This document shows positions 49,033 through 59,444 of a DNA stretch of 64,000 nucleotides, piece by piece (the stretch's first letter is position 1; each line of letters opens with the position of its first letter). Below the pieces are notes generated by a model that was not told the DNA's origin, searched no databases, and was given only the letters and a program-made list of their open reading frames with translations. The translations under genes were made by a program, and so were the position numbers. Source of the DNA: Marsupella aquatica (lineage: Eukaryota; Plantae; Marchantiophyta); NCBI GenBank assembly GCA_973895155.1, contig OZ316898.1, positions 2,852,480 through 2,916,479 on the forward strand, in the 5' to 3' direction.

Positions 49033-52000
49033 TGTCAAGGTTATGCTCTCAACGTAGTGTCAAATCCAGGGAGTGATGACTGGATTCTAGATAGTGCATG
49101 TACTTTTCACATTTGCTCTAGGAGAGATTTTTTCAGTTCTTACACGGATTCCAACGGGTCAGTGTTGATGGGAAATGGAATCCCATGTCAAGTTGTTGGA
49201 CTTGGATCTGTAAGATTTCAGATGTTTGATGGTGCTGTGAGAACGGTGAGGAATGTGAGATATATTCCCAGCATGATGAAAAATCTCATTTCACTTGGAG
49301 TTTTAGAAGCAAATGACCATCAGTGGAGTTCTGCTAATGGTGTCCTTCAGGTTTCAACTGGTACTAAAGTTGTATTGAAGGGAAAGAGACAGAGCAATCT
49401 ATACGTTTTGGAGGGCAGTGTAGTTTGTGATGAAGCCAATGTAACCTTATCTCATGAGGAGACGACCCGAATGTGGCACTTCCGTTTGGGCCACATGAGT
49501 GAAAAAGGTTTGGTTATTCTTCAGAAGAAATGATTACTTTCTAATTTACAGTCTTGTAAGTTAGAATTTTGTGAGCACTGTGTGCTTGGGAAGCAGCACA
49601 GGAAACCCTTCGGAGTTGGAACTCACACCAGCAAGGAGGTACTTGAGTATGTACATAGTGATGTGTGGGGTCCAGCCCCTACTCCCTCACATTCTGGACG
49701 GTTATACTATGTCACGTTCATAGACGATTACTCAAGGTATGTATGGATCTACTTTCTACATAGTAAGTCTGATGTTTTTGCCACTTTTAAGGAGTGGAAA
49801 GCCCAAGTTGAGAATCAGACTGGTAACAAGGTGAGATATCTTCGATTGGATAACGGCGGTAAATATAGTTCCGGGGAATTTGGAACGTATTGTAAGGAGC
49901 AGGGGATTACCCGCCATCTCACAACAAGTTATAATCCTCAGTAGAATGGTGTTTCTGAGAGACTCAACCGAACACTGTTGGACCGCTCGAGGAGTATGTT
50001 GAGTCAATCATGCTTACCACATGAGTTTTGGGCTGAAGCTGTTAACACTATAGCTTATTTGGTAAATTTTTCTCCATCCAGTTCTATTGGATTCAAGATG
50101 CCATATGAAATGAGGTACGGGCGTCCAGCAGATTATTCACATCTGAGGATTTTTGGATGTGATGCTTATGTGCTTACACCTTCCCAGCTTCGATCCAAGC
50201 TGGAGTCCAAGTCGAAGAAGTGCATTTTCCTTGGCTATCAGAAAGGTGTGAAGGGTTATAGGTTATGGGATCCAGTAACCTGTAAACTAATTGTCAGTAG
50301 AGATGTGTCCTTTAATGAGTCCAGATCATCAAAGGAGGGGGAGAGTTCTCAGGACTCCCATACTAACAAGGGGAAATCTCCCATCCCGGACCCGGTTGAG
50401 GGGGAGATTAGTCATGATGCTGTTCATGACAGGAGAGATGGAGAAGCTCCGGGCTTGGAGCTGGTTCCTGTGATGGAACAAGAGGAGCAGATTGTTGCTA
50501 GGGTACCTCAAATTCAACCAGCAACAGCAGCAGATCAGCCTGAGTCATCTACTAGAAGAACTTCCACTAGAGCTCCTACCAGGTATGGTCAATAGGCAGA
50601 CTCATCTAAGCTAGATGATATTGACATTGCACCTGATGATGATGACATGGCTTTGATCTTGGAAGAAGGAGAGCCTTCTTCGTACAGTGAGGCTTGTGCT
50701 TCAGAGCAAAAGCATGAGTGGAATGCAGCAATGCAGAGGGAGTTGCAATCTTTGAGTGACAACAAGACATGGGAGCTGGTGGAGCTTCCAAGAGGTCAGC
50801 AAGTGGATTTACAAGTTGAAAGACAGTCCTTCAGAGGGTGGAGATAAGATCTACAAGGCAAGGCTTGTTGCCAAGGGGTTCACTCAGGAGAAAGGAGTGG
50901 ACTACAATGAGGTCTTTTCACCGGTGGCTAAGTATTCCACAATTTGGATCTTGTGTTAGCTTGTTGTGTTTTTTAATCTGGTGATGGATCAGATGGATGT
51001 TGTTACTGCTTTTCTCTATGGCAACTTGGAAGAGATGATCTTCATGAGACAGCCGCTAGGCTTTATGAAGAAAGGCCAAGAGAACTTAGTTTGCAGATTG
51101 CTCAAGTCCTTGTATGGATTGAAGCAGTCTCCTAGACAGTGGAACAAGCGGTTTGATGATTTCATGCTTGCTCAAGGTTTTACAAGGATGGTGTATGATC
51201 CTTGTGTGTATACGAAATCAGTCAAGAATGATGTATTTGGTTTCATCATTCTGGTGATCTATGTGGATGACATGCTGATTGTGGCTAAAGATCAATCTGA
51301 GGTTGACAGTCTCAAGGCAAAATTGAGTGCTGAATTCAGGATGAAGGATCTTGGTAAGGCCAAGAGGATCTTAGGGATGGAGATTTTTAGGAACTCTGAT
51401 ACTGGACAGTTGCGCTTGAGTCAAGGCCAGTATGCGAGGAAAGTACTTGCACGATTCAACATGGAAAACTGTAAGCCAGTGAGTATTCCTTTAGCTTCAC
51501 ATTTCAAGTTATCATCGGCTTTCTCTCCTACGGATGCTGTGGAGAAAGGTTTGATGGCTAAGATTCCTTATGAGAAGGCAGTAGGCAGTCTGATGTATTT
51601 GATGACTTGTACTAGGCCTGACTTAGCCCTAGCGATGGGCAAGGTTAGCAGATTCATTTCAAATCCAGGGAAGGTACATTGGGAAGCTGTGAAATGGATT
51701 CTCAGGTATGTGAAGGGAACACAGGACTATGGTTTACTATTTGATAACAGATCAGATAGAACGTTAGTTGGCTATGTAGATTCTGACTATGGAGGCTGTC
51801 TGGATACAAGGAGGTCTACAACTGGGTTTGTATACACTCTTGGAGGAGGATGTATCAGTTGGAAATCTACCTTGCAGAAGTGCTTTTCTCAGTCTATTAC
51901 AGAAGCAGAGTATGTTGCAGCAGCAGAAGCAGCAAAGGAAGCGATTTGGTTGGACAAGTTGATCGCAGAGATGGGTTTAGAGCATGGCAAAATGACTCTA

Positions 52001-52228
52001 AACTGTGATAGTCAGAGTGCTCTTCACTTGGTTGCTAACCAGGTGATGGATAGCAGGGTGAAGCACATTGATATCAGGTACCATTTTATCAGGCAAGCAG
52101 TCTCTGATAAAACTTTTGAGCTAGTCAAAATTGATGGAAAGCTCAATCCCGCTGATGCTTTTACCAAAGTGATTCCTTTGGAGAGTTTCTCAAGACACCG
52201 TGCTACTTTGCAGGTTTTGCAGTTGTAG
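49033..52228 (+). pseudogene. pol: Pol (PR-INT-RT-RH) of copia element 2, with four premature stops and one frameshift
   Basis: Motifs WILDSA, WHFRLGH, VHSDVWGP, YKARLVAKG, LYGLKQSPRQW, IYVDDML and KHIDIRYHFIR. Stops at about 49531, 49942, 50593 and 50957; frameshift near 50805. Confidence 0.93.
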
Positions 52229-52435
52229 TGCAAGTAGAGTTATTTAGCAATGTGTGACTATTTGTATATGGATTACTCATTCCTGTTTGGCTACGGCTTA
52301 GTTCTAGTTAACCCTTAGTTAACCCTTGTGGTTTTTAGGGGGAGACCTGGTTTGGTGATTGTCTAGAACTTCCCGCTGAGGATTCCATATGGTAGCATTT
52401 AGTCTAGTCCTCAAGACAAGAGTCAAGGGGGAGTT

Positions 52436-52779
52436 TGTTAGATATTGCTCTAGTCTTGTGACTCTTGAGCTAATCACAGTTAGTCTAACTCGGGTTAGGA
52501 CTTAGCTAATGTTAGCGGTAATGCTATTGTGCATATAGCCAGGGCTGATGCCAGACCCTGGTGGAACTTAGGCTCATTGTTACGGAGCTAGTTGAGAGAT
52601 AGGGAGAGCTTGTGCTGTGGATGCTTGGTATGGCCGGTCGGCCTAGAGTGCAGTAAAGCTCTTGTGTGTTCCCGTGGACGTAGCCTCATGTGGAGGTGAA
52701 CCACGTATCTCTCTGTGTCGACTATTGTGCGTTGGATGGTTCATGGGCTTGCCGTTGCGAATGTCATCTATGCTCAATA
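52436..52779 (+). repeat. 3' LTR of copia element 2
   Basis: Direct repeat of 45906-46249; the terminal CA has mutated to TA. Confidence 0.96.
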
Positions 52780-53866
52780 ATGGAGATGTACATTTTGTGT
52801 TCATAGTGAAGCTATTGGTGCGGCCGTGAATGTAGCCTCAAAGCAGTGAACCACATATTTTTGTGTCGGTGTACTTGTGTGCTATGTGTTGCAAGTCTTG
52901 GAGATGTCATGCTGTCCGTTTTGATCCCACTTGACTGACCACATTGAAGCACAGAGCCTCCTACCAACTGCTCGCATCAGCAAAAGAATTATGTACTCCG
53001 CACCCTTTTCTACACAATTGCCCTTGGCCCCACTATTCTTTCGGATGTACCTTACTCCCAAAGTCCGACTCGTCCACATTCCTATGATTGGAAGAGCAAG
53101 TGAAGGTTGGGCTTGATGTCAATGGCTCCCTTCTCAAAGGAGGACAAGGGTGGTTGAATTTTTTGGCTGATCTTAGCCGTTGGCAAGGCACTTTGGTGGT
53201 GTTAGTTGGCCGGGGCTTTGTGATTCTACATGGTGTGTTGGTGAGTTTACATTTGGCCTGGGTGTAAACCATATTATATTTGTAAATTGTTAGTTTTCTA
53301 GGGACTTCATTTCCATTCTTGGAGTTTAGTGGGGAATTGTAAATCATGACATGTTAGTCAATTTTTTTGGTTTAGGTGATTTGTAAGTCATGATGATTAG
53401 TCAAGTTTGTAGTTGAGGGGGCGATTAATAATTTCCACTGTTTTGGAACACCAGTGTGATCAGTGTTACTCACACTAATTCAAGAGCAGGAAGTTTTGGG
53501 TTCTACCCATGACTCAGGGACTAAATTTGTTGTAACACTAATTCTGCACACATCTATTAGTGTAATTACCTTGGCCTCAAGAGTGAAAAAATAGTGGGAA
53601 AAGAACACTATGCTGAAAAATACACACGAATCATCATCATCCTCGACCTCCCACCTGTTCCGATCCGCATTGGACCTCTCCCCATGACCAATTCTCGCTT
53701 CTGCCCTTCGATTTTCGAGAAAGAGAGAGGAGTCCGTTGATTGATTGATTGATTCAACACCTACCAACTTCGCATTGCTCAGCTGAGCAATTTTCAGAAG
53801 AGCAATTGACCAAGAGACGAAGGAGAAATTCGGAGTTGGATCGACGGGGCTCTGGAGACGATAGCT

Positions 53867-55075
53867 ATGGCAGCCTCTGTCGACATTCGGTGTTCGGGGC
53901 CGGGAACGCTCGCGTTTCCTGCTCCATCGAGGAGGTTGTCAAGTCCTCCGTGAACAACTGTGCTGAACCTGGAAAGATGGCCACTATCGCCCTCGCGGCC
54001 TCCGCTTTTGGCTAGTTCTGTAAGTTTCTGATCCTTGCTCTTCGTCAATCTCCATTTCCTTTTCCCGCAATTCCGTTGGCTATTTCTGTAAATTTCTGAT
54101 CCTTGCTCGTTGTGAATCTCCGTTTCCTTTTTCCACAATCCCTTCTCAGGCCCCCCTCCAGAGCATGAGTGCAGCCTCTTTTGTGCGGCATTTCGGTTCA
54201 CAGTGGTCCATAGCCACACAAAATGTTTACACCACTGTGAACATTTTCCATAGCGCGTTGTTGTGCGTGTTTCCTTCCTATGAACCATCTCTCAGACAGC
54301 AATAATGAGGGCCTTGTTTTGCGGTTGCGGTTGCGGGTGTGGTGGTATGGTGTGGAATGGACGTAGGGTGCCAATGCAGGCGGTATGCCACAGCGGTTGA
54401 CCCAAGACCAGATTCAGGCCACCGGTGAAGGGGAGTGGGACCGCCAACCAGTGCCCAATATCAAGGCTGGCTTGCCCGATCTGAGCATCATTTCCGGAGA
54501 CTAGCAGAACCTGGAGCCGACGTCCTCCATTGTGAAGTCCGAGGGGCTTTTCAAGGGCACCGGTGACGAATTTCAGCCGACGAAGCTGAGGACCCGATTG
54601 ACGTATACCCTTGACGCTATCGAGGGAGCTTTTATGACTGTTGGCCGCGATGGGTCGATCGAGTTGACAGAGAAGGACGGATTTAGTAAGTGGCTGTCAC
54701 GGTTGATGTCTCGGTTCAGCTCCCGGGAGGCGAGAGGGTTCCGTTTTTGTTCACCATAAAGGAGTTGGTGACACAGGGTAAGGCAGATAGCTTCGGGGGA
54801 ACTTACTTGGTGCCTACCGAAGTTCTTCGTTCTTGGACCAGGCCGTCTACGATAACGCTGTCGCCTTCCCCGCCGGACGACTGGTGATGAGGAGGAGAAT
54901 GAGAAGATTACCGCCGCTTTGAACTGTAACATCACCTTCAAACTCGCCAATACCGACCCCGAGATTGGAGAGATTGCCGGATTGTTCGAGAGCATCCAAC
55001 CTTCGTGTGCAGATTTAGGTTCCAAGCACCCCAAGGATGTCAAAATCAAGGGCGTCTGGTATGGAGCTCGAATAA
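53867..55075 (+). pseudogene. PSBO: Oxygen-evolving enhancer protein 1 (PsbO) pseudogene; exons 53867-54019 and 54367-55075
   Basis: Fragments [59 protein letters not shown] and [25 protein letters not shown](Q)LE*. The intron after the transit-peptide region is retained. There are multiple frameshifting deletions and an in-frame TAG near 54502. Confidence 0.92.
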
Positions 55076-56194
55076 ACGAAGCTGTCTTGTCATTTGTAGA
55101 ATGTTCATCATCTTCAATCAGTCAGGGAAGTGTGGACAGTATTTAGTAATTGCGTTCAAAGGAAATCTCTCATTACAGAGTGCACCGAAAAGCCGAAACG
55201 TTTCCTCATGCTGTTTTCATGGGCACACCGTATCGTACCTCTCCCTGTCATCGATTTTTGTTTAATTCGAACGTTTTCTTTAGCCCGGAAGTTGCATTTC
55301 ATTCCACTCTATCGATTCTGTCCCTCCCTCATTCGACTTTACTCGAACATTTACGAGTATCTCTGTTCGTAAATGGCGACTTGGCTCTGCTCTAGTACCA
55401 ATGTTCCCGATTCTCCCAAACTTGAACAATCTCTCCTTCCCAAGTGGTTCATCTGTTATTAATATTCATCATGAGATCTATTGTAGCCAGCCTAGCTCCG
55501 TTCTAGCAATCGCTGGCACTACCTGCCATCACTTTGTCATTACCAAGGAACTAAGTGTCACTGTGAACTTGTTACAATGTTCCTTTCTCCTGCCTAAATT
55601 CCCTTCTTGCTACATTTTCTCGAGCTCCATTGCCCCACTGCGAACTTGTTACAATGTTTCTTCTCCCTAAATTCCCCCTGCTTGCTAAATTCCCTCGAGC
55701 ACCATTGCCCTGTACTCGAGATCTATCCTAGGAGGTTTATATATCACACGCTCTGTTCGCTTGAGCCGATTTCTCTAGTTGCCTGCTTCTCAATTTGCTT
55801 TGCTGTTGCTGGTTCCTGGTCCTCATAATCTACAGGCACTCCATTCCATGGCCAGCCAGTGCAGCACCACATGATGGTTGTTAGGAACTACCGGCCTAGT
55901 CACTGACCCTGACCCACGAATCTCTAGGAACTTCTACGTCATTTGTTTTCGTAGTAGATCCCAATGATCCACATTCGTTCTTAAAGAATCCTCTGGCCTT
56001 GTTTTTCACCTTCTCAATCTTCTCGTTTATCTATACGTCATTCATTCTCTCAAATTAGACCAGTACCGTTATCGTTACTTTGTTATTGTTGTACATCCCT
56101 TGAAGTTTTATATGACTCTTGCCTAATGTTGCTGAGCTGTACGTAGTGTCTGAGCAAAACTTGCACTCGAGATCTTGCCCGTTTCCACTGAATT

Positions 56195-56397
56195 GTACAG
56201 ATTTGAGGTCGCAGCTAAATCCCGCTGTCAACAATCAGTTGAAACTATTCAGGATAATGCTGCCACCGCTTTCTTATGGGCAAATCCTGATACAGTACAG
56301 ATTTGAGGTCGCAGCTAAATCCCGCTGTCAACAATCAGTTGAAACTATTCAGGATAATGCTGCCACCGCTTTCTTATGGGCAAATCCTGATACAGTA
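56195..56397. repeat. Perfect 100-bp tandem duplication
   Basis: gtacagatttgaggtcgcagc...caaatcctgataca is repeated exactly at 56195 and 56295. Confidence 0.93.
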
Positions 56398-59300
56398 ACA
56401 ATCTACTAACCTTTCAGTTTGGAAGGCAAGACACACTTGACTGCCTTGCAAACAAGTGGAAATACCACGCCCATGATGTCAAAGTTAGACTTGTCTGAAG
56501 CTCATGCATTGTACATTCTGAAGAGCCAAATGGCAGATGCAAATAGAGAAGGAAGTATGCTCAGAATCCACGCGCCGGAGCAGGATGTGATGGTCCCAAC
56601 TTTAGAGTCAGCTCATGAGGCTCCACAATTGTTACTATAACGCAAGTCAAAGCTTTCTCAGCATAAACACAATGCAGTGAGCACATAAATTATTTTGGCT
56701 CACCTAAATAGTCTATTGTCAACAAAAACACAGTAAATACAGTGAAGACTATCTCCAATCGCCTATGCTTGTCCGATTCCAACTTCTGTTTTCCATAACT
56801 TATTCACCTCACGTTTGGAACACCCGTGGTCAACCTAGCAGAGAACTACACAGCACAATTCATCTCCCACAAAACATTTAAGAAGGGAAAACGACCGATT
56901 TGCAGATCTCTTTTTCTCGACAGCTTGCTGCTGAGTCATACTACATTGCTTGTGTAAGGTCACACTATTTCCGGGGTCCAGCTGACGATCGCTTCTATTC
57001 CAAAGTAAATCTTTCGACCGTATGAACTGTACTCCATCCCTTCTCACCCTCTTCACTTACAGGACTAGGACGTCTCAGGCTCTTCCGTGAGAAGAATTCC
57101 CCCGTGCATGGAGGCAAACCAATCTCGTCTCACTTTTGGCAGGCAGCTGCCTGCTCTCCTCTCTTCTCCTTGACAAGTAGATCTAACGAGCAATCTTTCA
57201 ATTTTGCAGGAGTTTGGGGCACGAGTTCATGGCCTTCGCGATTCTGAAGAGGTCCTGGGCCCCTTGTCGGTTAGATTTGGTTAAACCGATATATCCAAGT
57301 AAGTCAATACTGCTTTCATGGAAGTGTTAGGACTTTTGGTAGCGCATCAGACTGCTACATTCTGGGTCCTTGTTCACATCTGCTCCGTTTTGCGCGTTCG
57401 CGTTCGTGCTCGTGATCCTGATTGCCCACGCCCTCCAGCAATGTGCCCATCTAAAGCATCGCGGGACGAGACAGTTTAACTGTACCCAGGCGGATGGCCT
57501 GCTAACGGAGGTGTGCTGAGAGACGGTTTAACTGTAGCCCAACTGTTGGGATGCTAACGGAGGTACCCGCAGGGGGCCGACACTGTCGATACTACTGATA
57601 ACCGGTTGTGCAACTTCCTTCTCCTCAGCGGGGTGAAGGGTAGGAGGACCTTCGCGTGTCCTTCACATCGTTACTTTAGATGCAAATCGTCAATGAACTC
57701 TACAATTCTCGCCAAGCAAGTTCTCATAGAAGTTGATCAGTAGCATGCCAATCAGTAGAGGAAGAGTGATTCTTGCGGTTGCTGCTCTGACTTTAATGCC
57801 CGCACTCTTTCCCTTGGTCCCACTTCCTTCCCCTGTGAGCGGGCTCGGCTCATGTGGGCAATCGTAGAGCAGAGTTTCTGTACAGTAAATCGCTTCTATG
57901 CAAAATTCGGACATTCTCAATCGGATTTCGTCCAGGCGACAACTCTGAGATTTTATTTTCAGAAGTGTCCGAGAACCGTTTGGTGCCTCATGTTCAGTAA
58001 TTAAATGAGAAGAAATCATCGTAGATTCTGGATCGACCCGGTTGGTCCTGCTTGTGCAATTATTGAGCTGAGTGCCTGGAAGATGAACGCCACTATTTGT
58101 CCGTCACAACGCGGACCTCTTCAATGAGCTCGAAGATTGTTGAGAAAGGTTCGTTGGGGCACACTCATTCGATTCTTCGTTTTCGAAAGAGTTTGTGCGG
58201 ATGTCTGCTCCAATCAGTCCACAATCTGTAACCCACGGTATAGTCTCCATTAAGTCTGAAGCACTCTAGAGAATAGGCAGCTATAGTCGCCGTTTGATTT
58301 CTTGTTCCGGTGTTTCAAGTGATTCAGACGTAGAAATCTGTTAAGAGAGCCCCTCTTGAGATCAGTAGACGGATTAGTTAAGTTCAATCCTATTCGATTA
58401 CATTTAATTCAAAATGACCTTGAACTGCGAGCCAGCAAAGAAGCAAGCGATGATCGGCAAACAGAACGCCAAGAATTCAAGTGAGCCAGCGCAAGCACGC
58501 AAATCCTGCACGATTGTAATCACGCAGAATCTAGCGTCTTTCGACAAGTAGAAGGGGTCATCGGACTGGTGGTTTCTCAATTGAAGGTCAGTCATTAGAA
58601 AGCACACCGATACCGATCCTGTACACTTATTCTGTGATGTTCTGTCTCGTCCTTGTTTTAAGTCATCAGAGACTCACTCTCCGTGAGTGGCCCCTGCTGT
58701 AGCACAGACCCCGCACCTTGGAAGGATGAGTAGGAGAGAAATGTAATGATGATTGAAAATGAATGTTCTCCATGTCAAAGCCTCACTCCTCCAGTCAACA
58801 CACAAAGAGAAGAGAAAGACATCGCTGAGGTTGTGTTGCGACCTTAGAGACGGCACCTGCATCTTAAAGGTGCCAAAGTTGGTTTCCACTTGAGTTTGCT
58901 AAACAAAACTCAACTGAAAGAGCAGCAAGGTTGGAATGAACGTGCGAAATCTTTTCCTTGCCCATGTCTTTGTTGCAATCGGGGTTCACAAGAGAGGTAC
59001 CCATACACCTCAAATTAAAATGAAAGATTGACGGTACCATGGGTGCGTGACCTTCTCGTCCGAGGTTGGAATTGTAAGTTGTTACCCTTAAGGAATTGAT
59101 GGTTCCTCCGGGCGCATCGTGTCCTCATGGTAAACAGAGAAAACTAGAGAGTGACCCGCTCTCCAAAGCTGTAAAAACTGTAAATTGCTAAGGACTATAG
59201 ATCGCAAATTGCAATTGTGGGTGCTTCCCGCCTCTTCGCAGTCCGGAACACGACCAGAAGTCTGACAATTGTCGTTGGCACCTGATTCGGGGCCCTATGA

Positions 59301-59444
59301 GATCGAATCATAAGTGCATTGCAGCGCAACCTTGTCTGAAAGGACATTGGTCGACGTTGAAATATCTTCCCTGATACGAAGGTCTAACAAGCAGAGGCCT
59401 CCCGCGAGAGCCACATAATTAAAATCAGAGTTTTGTATCGAATT

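Larger units (their letters stand above)
45906..52779 (+). mobile_element. Full-length, young Ty1/copia LTR retrotransposon (Tnt1/Tork-like), element 2
   Basis: 344-bp LTRs at 45906-46249 and 52436-52779 differ at 6 sites by my count, all transitions. PBS at 46252-46263; PPT at 52425-52433; perfect TSD ATGGA. Confidence 0.97.

Noticed and set aside
54532-55146. Three separate short PsbO-like ORFs as functional genes or programmed frameshifts
   Set aside because: Conserved residues are deleted and an internal stop is present, so pseudogene decay explains them better.
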